A stretch of DNA of 64,000 nucleotides from an uncultured Chloroflexia bacterium (GTDB taxonomy: Bacteria; Chloroflexota; Limnocylindria; Limnocylindrales; CSP1-4), in NCBI GenBank assembly GCA_963749705.1, contig CAVVNQ010000004.1, positions 250,204-314,203 of the forward strand, given 5' to 3'. The notes under the pieces are model-generated. The model saw only the letters and a program-made list of their open reading frames with translations. It was not told where the DNA came from and did no database searches. Position numbers and translations under genes: made by a program. Shown in pieces: positions 31,651-41,011 of this stretch (its first letter is position 1; every line of letters begins with the position of its first letter).

Positions 31651-32506
31651 CGTCGGCTCCTTCCGTCGGTTCGTCCGTGCCGGCGGCGACCGGCGGCGTC
31701 GCGGGCAGGACCCCGGGTGGGCCTCCGTGCTCGTCGATGACCCCGCGGAACGGCGCCGACCAGGCCGTGAACCCGGCAAACAGGCGGCTGACCTCGACCC
31801 CCTCGCGGCCGTCCGCCGCGAACGTCCGCCCGAGGCTGGCCGGGTTGGCCTGCTCGCGCGGGCCGTAGCAGCCGTAGCAGCCGCGCCCGAACCGCGGGCA
31901 CAGCGCGCCGCAGCCGCTTCGGGTGACCGGCCCCAGGCACGGGATTCCCTGCGAGACCATCACGCACACGACGCTCCGGCGCTTGCACGCCAGGCACACC
32001 GCCTCGTCGCGGATCTGGGGGCGTCGCCCGACGGCCACCGACACCAGCAGCTCGCGCAGCTGGTCGGCGCTGATCGGGCACCCGTGGAGCTCGGCGTCGA
32101 CCTCGACGTGCTCCGAAACGGGGGTGGCCGTGGCCAGCGACTCGATGTACTCCGGGTGCGGGTAGACCGCCGCCCGGATCGCATCGTGGTCCGACCAGTT
32201 GCGCAGGGCCTGGATGCCGCCGTAGCTCGCGCACGCGCCGATGGTCACCAGGCGCTTGGCCTGCTTGCGCAGCTCCACGATCTCGGCCGCCTGGTCGGGC
32301 GTGCTGACCGAGCCCTCGACCAGCAGCACGTCGTACGGGCCGGCCGAGCGGCTGGAGCTCGCCTCCGGGAACTCGACGATCTCGAAGCGCTGCGCCAGGT
32401 CCAGGAGCTCGGTCTCGAGATCGAGCAGCGTGAGCTGGCAGCCGTCGCAGGAGGCCATCTTGACGACGCCCACCCGCAGCCGGGGCTTGGTGGCGGTCGA
32501 CGGCAT
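31637..32506 (-). CDS. hydD: group 3b [NiFe]-hydrogenase small (delta) subunit
   Basis: SCDGCQ, VEGS, GACA, GCP, C-terminal Cys cluster (CLAC...CLGP...CGALCP...CYGC). Confidence 0.92.
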   Translation of the reverse strand: MPSTATKPRLRVGVVKMASCDGCQLTLLDLETELLDLAQRFEIVEFPEASSSRSAGPYDVLLVEGSVSTPDQAAEIVELRKQAKRLVTIGACASYGGIQALRNWSDHDAIRAAVYPHPEYIESLATATPVSEHVEVDAELHGCPISADQLRELLVSVAVGRRPQIRDEAVCLACKRRSVVCVMVSQGIPCLGPVTRSGCGALCPRFGRGCYGCYGPREQANPASLGRTFAADGREGVEVSRLFAGFTAWSAPFRGVIDEHGGPPGVLPATPPVAAGTDEPTEGADDARR

Positions 32507-34545
32507 CAGATCCCCTCCCGGCCGAAGATGTCGCCCAGCTCGGACAGGGCGAACACCGGGCCGTCCTTGCATACGAACAGCCGACCCATCTGGCAATGGC
32601 CGCACAGGCCGATCCCGCATTGCATGTGCCGCTCGAGGGTGACGAAGATCCGGTCCGGGGCGAGCCCGCGGTTCTCCAGCGCGTCGACCGTCGCCTCCAT
32701 CATCCGCTCCGGCCCGCACACGAACGCGAGCGAACGACTGCCGTCCCAGGTGGCCCGGTCGAACAGGTGGGTGACGACGCCGACCGGACCCGTCCACTCG
32801 TCGCCCGCCCGGTCCACCGTGAGCTGGACGTCGATGTCGCCGCGGGCCGCCCAGGCCCGCAGCTCCGCCTGGTACAGGTGATCGGCCGGTGTCCGCGCCC
32901 CGTAGTAGAGACGGATCGCGTCGAACCGGTCGCGCTTGGCCAGCAGCCCGTCGATCAGCGGGCGCAACGGCGCAAGGCCGATGCCGCCGGTCACGATCAC
33001 GACGTCGTGGCCGATCGCGCGCTCGATGGGCCACGAGGAGCCGAGCGGGCCGCGCAGGCCGATCTCATCGCCGGCACCGAGCCCCACGAGCGCAGCCGTC
33101 GCAGGACCCGCCGCCCGGACGGTGAACTCGATCGAATCGCGGCCGAAGCGCGAGATCGAGATCGGCAGCGGCGGGAAGGCCGGGATGTCGATCATCGCGA
33201 ACTGGCCGAACTCACCGCCCAGGAACGCGGCGTCGACGTCGCCCACGGTCAGCGTGGTCACATCCGCGGTCTCCGGGTGCACGGCCAGGACCCGCGCCGT
33301 CACGTACGAGCCCGGGGTCGCGGCAACCGGTGCCGGCTTGGCCGGCTCCGGGCGAGCCGCGAGCGGCGGGGCGATCGCGAGCAGCTCCTCGCGCACGTCG
33401 ATCCCTACCGGGCACCAGGTGATGCATCGTCCGCAGCCGACGCAGCCGGAGGTGCCGAACTGGTCGATCCAGGTCGCGAACTTGTGGGTCAGCCACTGGC
33501 GGTACCGGTCTCGCGGCCGGCTCCGGAAGTTGCCGCCGGCGACCCGCGCGAAGGCGGCGGTGAAGCACGAGTCCCAGACCCGCTCGGAGGTGGACGTCTT
33601 GCCCTCGAGGTCCGTCTGCTGGATGACGCTGTTGCAGAAGCAGGTGGGGCAGACCATCGTGCAGTTGGCGCACGACAGGCAGCGCTCGGCGATCTGCGCC
33701 CAGCGGGGGCTGTCGAACTGGGCCATCAGGCGGTCATGGAGGCCCGCGGTGGGCACCGGATCGCCCATCCGGGTCGCGACGGCGGCAACCGCGTCGGTGG
33801 CGGTGGTCACCTGGGCCGTGTCCGCGCCGCGAACCGGCAGCCGGGCCAGGATGTCCGCGCCCGCCGGCGTGCCCACCTTGACGACGAACCCGTCATCCAG
33901 CTCGGTGAGCGCGAGGTCGTAGCCGGATCGCACCTCGGGACCCGTGCCCATCGAGGTGCAGAAGCAGGTCGACGACGAGGTCGTGCAGTTGACCGCGATC
34001 ACCAGCACCTGGGCCCGTCGCGCGCGATAGTCCTCGTCGGTGTACGGGCCACCCAGCAGGACGCGGTCGTGGATCCCCATCGCGGCCAGCTCGCACGCCC
34101 TGACGCCCAGGAACGCCAGCCTGGGGGGGTCGACCGGGACGCGCTCGAACGACACGGCCTTGCCCTCGCGGTGGCCGACGTTGAGCGTGACCGGAGACGG
34201 GAACGTCCAGCGCTTGGGGCTGATCGGGCCGACGGTGTAGCCGAACACCCGCTCGTCGTCTCGATCGACGAGGCGGTAGCTGCCGGGCGCCTGCTCCGCG
34301 CCCATGCCGACCGGCAGGTCGTCGGCGCTCTCGATCTCGGCGTACGTGATCGCTCCGTCGACCAGCGTCGGGCCGACGACCGTCCGGCCGTCCCCGCGCA
34401 GCAGGTCGATCAGGACGCCGAGGTTCGCGCGCGCGAGGAACCAGGCGCCGGCGGTCCGGCCGGCCGCATCGTCGGCGGCCGTGACGGCCGTCGCCACACC
34501 CGCGGGTCCGGGGTACGGGAGGTAGGACGGATGGTCACCGTTCAC
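32506..34545 (-). CDS. fused sulfhydrogenase beta (Fe-S) and gamma (FAD/NAD(P), 2Fe-2S) subunits
   Basis: N-half CLSCANCTMVCPTCFC and CVGCGRCITWCP; C-half RGPLG, TGGIGLAP, CGPERM, CGIGLCGHC...CKDGP; one continuous ORF. Confidence 0.9.
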   Translation of the reverse strand: MNGDHPSYLPYPGPAGVATAVTAADDAAGRTAGAWFLARANLGVLIDLLRGDGRTVVGPTLVDGAITYAEIESADDLPVGMGAEQAPGSYRLVDRDDERVFGYTVGPISPKRWTFPSPVTLNVGHREGKAVSFERVPVDPPRLAFLGVRACELAAMGIHDRVLLGGPYTDEDYRARRAQVLVIAVNCTTSSSTCFCTSMGTGPEVRSGYDLALTELDDGFVVKVGTPAGADILARLPVRGADTAQVTTATDAVAAVATRMGDPVPTAGLHDRLMAQFDSPRWAQIAERCLSCANCTMVCPTCFCNSVIQQTDLEGKTSTSERVWDSCFTAAFARVAGGNFRSRPRDRYRQWLTHKFATWIDQFGTSGCVGCGRCITWCPVGIDVREELLAIAPPLAARPEPAKPAPVAATPGSYVTARVLAVHPETADVTTLTVGDVDAAFLGGEFGQFAMIDIPAFPPLPISISRFGRDSIEFTVRAAGPATAALVGLGAGDEIGLRGPLGSSWPIERAIGHDVVIVTGGIGLAPLRPLIDGLLAKRDRFDAIRLYYGARTPADHLYQAELRAWAARGDIDVQLTVDRAGDEWTGPVGVVTHLFDRATWDGSRSLAFVCGPERMMEATVDALENRGLAPDRIFVTLERHMQCGIGLCGHCQMGRLFVCKDGPVFALSELGDIFGREGI

Positions 34546-35060
34546 CACGGCTGGATCTCCCGCCGTCCCCACTCCTCGCGGGCGAACAGGTCGAGCAGCT
34601 GGAGCCGGGTCGCGGAGAGGCGCCGGCTGACGGCCACGAGGATCCGTGGATAGACCGACGCCGCAAGCGCGTGGTCGGAGCGCAGCAGCGCGCGAAGCCG
34701 CTCGCCCTCGAAGTCGAGCAGGCGCACCGGCTCGATCGCGACGGCCGTCGCCGTCCCCCGGTGGGGAGGCACGACCGCCGACCAGCCGAGGACGTCGCCC
34801 GGCTCGACGGTCAGGATCGTGACCATGCCGCGCTCCGGGATCAGCATCCGCAACGCGACGCGCCCCGACAGCACGATGGCGAACGCCTCGGTGACCTGTC
34901 CCTCGCGCGTCAGCTCCGCGCCCGGGTCAACGTCCTTCAGCTCGGCGATGCCCGCCAGGCGAGCGACGGTCTCGGGCGACAGCCCCGCTCCGAACCACGA
35001 GGCGCTGAGGGCCGCGACGGGATCCGTGGACGGCAGGGAGGGCGACGACGAGGCTGACAT
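34542..35060 (-). CDS. cyclic-nucleotide-binding (Crp/Fnr-type sensor) domain protein, no HTH
   Basis: REGQ, LSGRV, PGDVLGWSA, TATA cNMP barrel; first gene of the hydrogenase operon. Confidence 0.85.
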   Translation of the reverse strand: MSASSSPSLPSTDPVAALSASWFGAGLSPETVARLAGIAELKDVDPGAELTREGQVTEAFAIVLSGRVALRMLIPERGMVTILTVEPGDVLGWSAVVPPHRGTATAVAIEPVRLLDFEGERLRALLRSDHALAASVYPRILVAVSRRLSATRLQLLDLFAREEWGRREIQPW

Positions 35061-35159
35061 CGAGGCTGACCTCACTCGTTGTGGGTTCGGACTGCGCGAT
35101 CGGATCGCGCACGCCGGGCCCGCACGGCAATGCTCCGCCGCGGGCGGGCCGAGCCGGGA

Positions 35160-35195
35160 GTGCCGTCGGTCCCGGTGCGCCGGGCCGGTCGGCTG
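35160..35195. promoter_or_regulatory. tandem DosR/DevR-box-like sites upstream of the hydrogenase operon
   Basis: GTGCC-GTCG-GTCCC (35160) and GGGCC-GGTC-GGCTG (35182), 22 bp apart. Confidence 0.5.
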
Positions 35196-35262
35196 GAGCA
35201 CCGCGCCGTCGGGCGCGGGCAGGGTGACGCCGCGCACGCAGACCGGCCGACTGCCGCGAGAC

Positions 35263-35622
35263 TCACGCGAGCCGCCTGAGGCGCGCGACCAGGCCGGCCG
35301 CGTCGACATCGGCGGACGCGGACTCTTCGCGGATCGACTCCGGCCGGTGCCCGATCGCGACGATCTCGCGCTCGAGCGCCGTGCGCAGGTCGTCCACTCC
35401 GAGGACCACGACCCGGTCGACGTCGCCGATCCGACGCGCGATCTGCGCGAGGACGGGCGGCATGTCGCCGGATGCGCGCGGCATCGGGAGGTCGAGGGAG
35501 ACCGGCTCCCCGGTGGCGGCGCCGCGGACGATCATGGCGTGCCCGCGGTCGATCCAGACCACCGCATTGACACCGGACCTGGCGTGCTCGCGGGGCGGGC
35601 GGGTGCGTGTGGTTCCGTGCAT
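35263..35622 (-). CDS. second, shorter eRF1-domain-2-like protein (paralog of 22700)
   Basis: VVWIDRGHAMIV, LAQIARRIGDVDRVVVLG, LVARLRRL; GGAG RBS. Confidence 0.55.
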   Translation of the reverse strand: MHGTTRTRPPREHARSGVNAVVWIDRGHAMIVRGAATGEPVSLDLPMPRASGDMPPVLAQIARRIGDVDRVVVLGVDDLRTALEREIVAIGHRPESIREESASADVDAAGLVARLRRLA

Positions 35623-35831
35623 GGCGTTGTCTCCTGGGGGCGACTCCATCGTCGATCCGGCCGGCCTTCGGCTTCGCCTGCCGTTCGTCCCGATCGAGCC
35701 GCCGCACGGTCCACCGGATCAGTGACCCGTCCCGGCAGGGGCATGACGTCAAGCCCGCTGCAACCCGGGCCGGTCCGGGCCTTCGGTCATTGCGTCGTGC
35801 CGTCTCGGGCTGCGAGGACTACCCTCGCGAC

Positions 35832-36839
35832 ATGCGCGCAATGGTGCTCGAGGCACCCGGACCGGCCGGCTCCAGCCCCCTGCACGCCCAGGATCGGCCG
35901 CTGCCGAGCCCGAGTGAGGGTGAGCTGCGGATCCGGGTCTCGGCGTGCGGCGTGTGCCGGACCGATCTCCAGATCTGCACCGGCGACCTCGCGCCGCGAC
36001 GGTTGCCGATCGTGCCGGGTCACCAGGTGGTGGGCGTCGTCGACGCGCTCGGGCCCGGCGTCGACGGCTGGGCCGTCGGCGAGCGCGTCGGGGTGACCTG
36101 GCTGGCCGCGACCGATGGCACGTGCCGGTTCTGCGCCAGCGGTCGCGAGAACCTGTGCGAGGCCGCGACGTTCACCGGTTGGGATCGCGACGGCGGGTAC
36201 GCGGAGGCCATGGTCGTCCGTGCAGCATTCGCCGTCCGCCTGCCGGCCTCGTTCCCGGACCTGTCGGCGGCACCCCTCCTGTGCGGCGGGGTGATCGGGT
36301 ACCGGGCGCTTCGGGTTGCCGGGATCGGCCCATCCGCCGCCGGTGCCCGCCTGGGCCTGTACGGGTTCGGCGCGTCCGCGCGACAGGCGCTCCAGGTCGC
36401 CCGCGCGTGGGGTGTCGACGTCTACGTGGCCACCCGCTCGCCGGTGGAGCAGCGGCGGGCGCTCGAGCTCGGCGCACGGTGGGCGGGCGGCATCGAGACC
36501 CGTCCTCCGGTGGCGCTCGACGCGGCCGTGACGTTCGCGCCGGTGGGTGTCGTGGTTGCCGCGGCGCTTCGAGCGCTCGATCGTGGCGGGATCGTCGCGA
36601 TCAACGCGATCCACCTGGACCAGCTGCCCGCGATGCCCTACGACGACCTGTGGTGGGAGCGATCGATCCGGAGCGTGGCCAATGTCACCCGCGAGGATGC
36701 GACCGAGTACCTGGAGCTGGCGGCGCGGATCGGGCTCGCGACGGACATCGAGACGCATCCGCTGGCCGATGCGAACATCGCCCTCGCGCGACTGGCGTCC
36801 GGGCAGGTGGCCGGGACCTCGGTCCTGACCTGCACCTGA
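35832..36839 (+). CDS. zinc-dependent alcohol dehydrogenase family protein
   Basis: CGVCRTD, PGHQVVG, CRFC...NLC, APLLCGG, GFGASA. Confidence 0.9.
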   Translation: MRAMVLEAPGPAGSSPLHAQDRPLPSPSEGELRIRVSACGVCRTDLQICTGDLAPRRLPIVPGHQVVGVVDALGPGVDGWAVGERVGVTWLAATDGTCRFCASGRENLCEAATFTGWDRDGGYAEAMVVRAAFAVRLPASFPDLSAAPLLCGGVIGYRALRVAGIGPSAAGARLGLYGFGASARQALQVARAWGVDVYVATRSPVEQRRALELGARWAGGIETRPPVALDAAVTFAPVGVVVAAALRALDRGGIVAINAIHLDQLPAMPYDDLWWERSIRSVANVTREDATEYLELAARIGLATDIETHPLADANIALARLASGQVAGTSVLTCT

Positions 36840-36915
36840 GCGAAGTTCGAACGATCGGCACCGGTCGAGCGTCCATCCGGGAGCAAGTTCCAGACCTGCA
36901 TTCCGGGGAGGGGCC

Positions 36916-37440
36916 ATGCTCGACCGGACGATGACGACCGCGACCGCCGACGATGCCGTGCAGCGGATGCTGCACGCCCGGATCGACGACGCGTTCCGGC
37001 TGGCCACGTTCATCCTGCGCGACCGACAGCTCGCCGAGGACTGCGTCCAGGAGGCTGCGCTGCTCGCGTGGCGACGACGCCGGTCGTTGCGCGACAGCGC
37101 CGCCGTCGACGGCTGGTTCACCCGGATCCTGGTCAACGTCTGTCGCGACGAGCTCCGACGCCAGGCGAGGCGGCCGCGCGTGGTCGCACTCAACCCCGCG
37201 GTCGAGGCGGGCGCGGGCTCGCCACCGGACCGGGTCGACCTCGGTCCCGCGATCGGCCGCCTGAGCGCGGACGAGCAGGCGCTCCTCGCGCTGCGGTTCG
37301 GGCGCGAGCTCACCGTTCCTCAGATCGCGCAACGGCTCGAGCTTCCCGAGGGAACGATCAAGTCGCGGCTCCACACCACGCTGCAACACCTGCGCGCGGC
37401 GCTCGACGCGGAGCGTCGCCTGGAAGGGGCAACCCGATGA
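36916..37440 (+). CDS. ECF sigma factor
   Basis: Region 2 (AEDCVQEA...WFTRILVNVC) and region 4 (IAQRLELPEGTIKSRL). Confidence 0.9.
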   Translation: MLDRTMTTATADDAVQRMLHARIDDAFRLATFILRDRQLAEDCVQEAALLAWRRRRSLRDSAAVDGWFTRILVNVCRDELRRQARRPRVVALNPAVEAGAGSPPDRVDLGPAIGRLSADEQALLALRFGRELTVPQIAQRLELPEGTIKSRLHTTLQHLRAALDAERRLEGATR

Positions 37441-38780
37441 CCGACAACGAGCTCGAACAACATCTGCGCAACCATTACCGTTCGCTCGACCCGTCCACCG
37501 CCCCCCGCGGGCTCGCCCTCCGGATCGAGGACGCGATGACCCGTCCCGCGAGCCGATGGGCGTTCCTCGGCCGGATGCCTGCCGTTGCAACGGGGATCGC
37601 GGCGGTCGCCGTCGTGGCGCTGGTCGTCGCGTTCCGGCCCGGCGGGCTGCTCGCCCCGGTCGGGGCGAGCCCGTCACCCGAAACCCCGACGCCCGCGGCC
37701 TCGGCCACCCCCCATCCATCGCCCGCCATCTCCCCTGCACCGACGCCGAGCCCGAGCCTCGGTGTGCCGGGCGGATCGATCCCACCGGTGTCCACATTGC
37801 CCTGGACCTCGCTCGACCTCGCGCCGGCTTCGGGGAACCCGCGGCCGTGGTCGGTGGTCGCCTGGTCTGGCGGCTACCTCGCGCTCGGCGCGACGACCGG
37901 CGACAGGAGCCCACTGCCGGCCTGGATCTCGAGGGATGGCCGCAGTTGGACCACCCTGCCGGAGGGCACGCTCGGATCAGCCAGCTCGGTGCTGGCAGCA
38001 CCCGCTCCTGATGGGATCCTGGTCGTGACGGAATCGGCCACGGGCGTGACGACCGCCTGGCACTCGGCCGATGGGACGACCTGGTCCTCGACACCGGCTC
38101 CTGCGCTCCGCTTCGGCCGCGAAAGCGATATTGCAGGCGGCCCCGGCGGCATCGTCGCGGTGCTCGCGGAGACCCGCAATCGGATCGACGTCAGCACCGA
38201 TGGGCGCACGTGGCGGGCCGTGTCGCTGCCCGGGCCCGCGACGGCTGAGGTGCAGGGCGTGGCAGCGTTCCGGACCGGCTTCGTCGCCGTCGGGGACACG
38301 GGCACCGGGACGGGGTCACCCATTGCCTGGTGGTCGGGCGATGGCCTTGCCTGGTCGCTCGCCACGGTCCAGCCACATCCGGACGACGGGTTCAGCGCCG
38401 TGCACGCCGGCGGCAGCGGGCTGGTGGCAATCAGTTCGACCGCCACCGTCCCCGGCCTCGCCTCGTTCTGGGCGTCCTCGGACGGACGAACCTGGTCTCT
38501 CGCAACGGACCCTCTGGGCCTGTGGCAGCAGGGCGAAGGCGCCGGCAGCGCGAACGGGCTGTTCTCTGGAGACGGGATCCGCGTCCTCGGCTACGGGATC
38601 CGTGCCGACGGCCAGCCCACCGAGTACTGGACCTCGCTCGACGGCATCAACTGGACGCAACTCACCCTGACCGGCGACACGTCGGCTGCCACGACAGGGC
38701 AGGTCAACCCGTTCCTGATGCGCGACGGGATCCTGTTCGTTGGGGACGGCGGACCCTGGTTCGGTAGCGCTGGGAGCTAG
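37437..38780 (+). CDS. putative membrane anti-sigma factor with Pro/Ser/Thr linker and BNR-like (SxDGxxW) repeat domain
   Basis: ATGA overlap with the ECF gene; one TM; repeats SRDGRSW, SADGTTW, STDGRTW, SGDGLAW, SSDGRTW, SLDGINW. Confidence 0.75.
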   Translation: MTDNELEQHLRNHYRSLDPSTAPRGLALRIEDAMTRPASRWAFLGRMPAVATGIAAVAVVALVVAFRPGGLLAPVGASPSPETPTPAASATPHPSPAISPAPTPSPSLGVPGGSIPPVSTLPWTSLDLAPASGNPRPWSVVAWSGGYLALGATTGDRSPLPAWISRDGRSWTTLPEGTLGSASSVLAAPAPDGILVVTESATGVTTAWHSADGTTWSSTPAPALRFGRESDIAGGPGGIVAVLAETRNRIDVSTDGRTWRAVSLPGPATAEVQGVAAFRTGFVAVGDTGTGTGSPIAWWSGDGLAWSLATVQPHPDDGFSAVHAGGSGLVAISSTATVPGLASFWASSDGRTWSLATDPLGLWQQGEGAGSANGLFSGDGIRVLGYGIRADGQPTEYWTSLDGINWTQLTLTGDTSAATTGQVNPFLMRDGILFVGDGGPWFGSAGS

Positions 38781-39078
38781 TCCTGTCTGAACGGCCGGCC
38801 GGACCCGTGGGGCGCGCTGGGATGGCACGCAGCGGGGCGGCTCGCTCGCCGTCCCCGCTCCGATCGCGGATGTGGCAGATAGTCGCTAAGCGACTGCTCG
38901 TCCACGACGCGAGCGCACGACGGTCGAAAACCGAGTCGCCCAGGCGCACCACGACTACTTGACCCGAATTCGGTGCCCGGTCTTCCGAATCCGGCGACGA
39001 CCAGCCGTTTCAGTGCTGGATGACCCGAACCGTCCTGCCGGCGGGCTCGGGGCCCCGGGGATGCCGCAGTGAGCGACC

Positions 39079-39108
39079 GTGTCGCGGACCGGGGTGTCGC
39101 GGACCGGG
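39079..39108. repeat. 15-bp tandem duplication
   Basis: GTGTCGCGGACCGGG twice. Confidence 0.7.
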
Positions 39109-39257
39109 GTGCCGGCAAGCGGTGCCGCGGATGGGGCGCCGGCGAGCCATGCCGGCGCCGCCCGCGACCGCCGAGCCGCGCGGATGCGCCGCGGCGAGCC
39201 GGGCAAGGACCGGCCCGGCCGCACCGTCGGCGGCCGGGCCGGTCCGGAACGAACGGT

Positions 39258-40598
39258 TCAGCGAGCCGCGGCGAGCGTCGCCTTCGCGCGGGCGATGACC
39301 GGGGCCAGCGGCGCCTCGAGCGTTCCCGAGACGGGCTCCAGCTCGTAGCGGACGCGGACGATCGGCTTGGGGACCGACAGCACGCGGGTGAGGTCGATCG
39401 GCGTCGCCGCCAGCACCACGTCAGCCGGGATCGCGGTCAGCGCGGCCTCGAGCTCGTGGATCTGCTTGTCGCCGTAGCCCATCGCCGGCAGCAGCCGCTC
39501 CAGCGCCGGGTACTTGGCCAGCGTTGCGGCAAGCTCGCCCGTCGCATATGGCCGGGGATCCACGACCTCGGCAGCCCCGAACCGCTTCGCCGCGACGATC
39601 CCGGCACCGTACGTCATGCCACCGTGGGTGAGCGTGGGTCCATCCTCGACGACCACCACGGACCGCCCGTGGATGTCGCCACCCTCGAGCGCAAGCGACG
39701 ATCGGGCCTCGACGATGGTCGCGCGCGGGTTGAGCTCGGCGATCCCGGCACGAACGGTCGCCAGGGCTTCCGGCGTCGCTGAGTCGACCTTGTTGATCAC
39801 GATCACGTCGGCCATGCGCACGTTGGCCTCACCCGGGTGATAGCGCAGCTCGTGGCCGGGCCGCAGCGGGTCCACGACCACGATCTGGACGTCCGGGCGG
39901 TAGAACGGCAGGTCGTTGTTGCCGCCGTCCCAGATGACGACGTCGGACTCGGCCTCGGCGGCCCGCAGGATCTGCTCGTAGTCCACGCCGGCGAACACGA
40001 GGCGACCCGCGTCGAGATGCGGCTCGTACTCCTCGCGCTCCTCGATCGTGGTCTCGTACCGGTCGAGGTCCGCGTACGTCTCGTAGCGCTGGACGCGCTG
40101 CGCGACCAGGTCCCCGTAGGGCATCGGGTGCCGGACGACCGCCACCTTGAGCCCCTGGGCCTCGAGCAGCGACGCGACATACCGGCTGGTCTGGCTCTTG
40201 CCGGAGCCGGTTCGCACGGCGCACACGGACACGACCGGGCGGCTGCTCTCGATCATGGTGCGCGCCGGGCCGAGCAGCTCGAAGTCCGCACCGGCGGCCA
40301 TCGCGCGTGATGCGGCGTGCATGACCTGCTCGTGGCTGACATCGCTGTAGGCGAACACGACGGTGTCCACCGCCAGGTCGCGGATCAGGGCTTCCAGCTC
40401 GCCCTCCGGGCGGATCGGGATCCCGGCCGGGTATCGCTCGCCGGCCAGCTCGGCCGGATACCTGCGATCGGCGATCCCGGGGATCTGCGTCGCCGTGAAG
40501 GCGACGACCTCGACCGACGGGTCATCGCGATAGACCACGTTGAAGTCGTGGAAATCGCGGCCCGCGGCGCCCATGATGAGCACTCGTTCGGTGCGCAT
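39258..40598 (-). CDS. P-loop NTPase of the cyclic 2,3-diphosphoglycerate synthetase family (COG2403-like)
   Basis: MGAAGRDFHDFN, AVRTGSGKSQT, RHPMPYG, TIEEREEYE, WDGGNND, INKVD, EDGPTLTHGGM. Confidence 0.85.
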   Translation of the reverse strand: MRTERVLIMGAAGRDFHDFNVVYRDDPSVEVVAFTATQIPGIADRRYPAELAGERYPAGIPIRPEGELEALIRDLAVDTVVFAYSDVSHEQVMHAASRAMAAGADFELLGPARTMIESSRPVVSVCAVRTGSGKSQTSRYVASLLEAQGLKVAVVRHPMPYGDLVAQRVQRYETYADLDRYETTIEEREEYEPHLDAGRLVFAGVDYEQILRAAEAESDVVIWDGGNNDLPFYRPDVQIVVVDPLRPGHELRYHPGEANVRMADVIVINKVDSATPEALATVRAGIAELNPRATIVEARSSLALEGGDIHGRSVVVVEDGPTLTHGGMTYGAGIVAAKRFGAAEVVDPRPYATGELAATLAKYPALERLLPAMGYGDKQIHELEAALTAIPADVVLAATPIDLTRVLSVPKPIVRVRYELEPVSGTLEAPLAPVIARAKATLAAAR

Positions 40599-40742
40599 GG
40601 TCGACCTCGTGGGGAGGGGCGTGCCCGGCGCTCGCGCCGCCCGTCCGGCCAGCAGGCGAATGCGGCGGGGCCTACCTCCGCGTCTGCCCAGCATGACCCA
40701 CGGGCCGCTCGCCTGTCCCTGGCCGTGCCGCCCCACGACGGG

Positions 40743-40778
40743 GTGCCGCAGGTCCCGTCAACGCGGTCCGATCGGCAC
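40743..40778. promoter_or_regulatory. tandem DosR/DevR-box-like sites
   Basis: GTGCC-GCAG-GTCCC (40743) and GGTCC-GATC-GGCAC (40765), 22 bp apart. Confidence 0.45.
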
Positions 40779-40790
40779 TCACGCGTGCCA

Positions 40791-40895
40791 CCCGGCTAGC
40801 CGAGACTGCCCGGTGAGGTGGGTGCCGGAGGGGACGCCCGGCACCCACCCGAAACCTTGCCCTCGCCCTGTGGCGGGGGCTTTGTCTTGCCGGGG
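40791..40895 (+). ncRNA. candidate structured RNA (multi-stem junction), family unknown
   Basis: Closing stems CCCGGC/GCCGGG and GAGAC/GTCTT enclose hairpins GGTGGGTGCCGG/CCGGCACCCACC and GCCCTCGCC/GGCGGGGGC. Confidence 0.4.
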
Positions 40896-41011
40896 AGCTC
40901 GACGGCTCCGAGCGGCGGCGACGGCTCGAAGCGGCGGCGCCGGCAGTCGGCGACGAGCCGGCGCCAGCCCGGCGCAAGTCCAGGCGCAGCCGGCGCGGCG
41001 TGGATCGCGCG

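Noticed and set aside
40808-40890. Canonical hammerhead ribozyme
   Set aside because: The core reads CCGGUGA rather than CUGAnGA and stem I cannot form next to the GUC; kept only as an unknown structured RNA.
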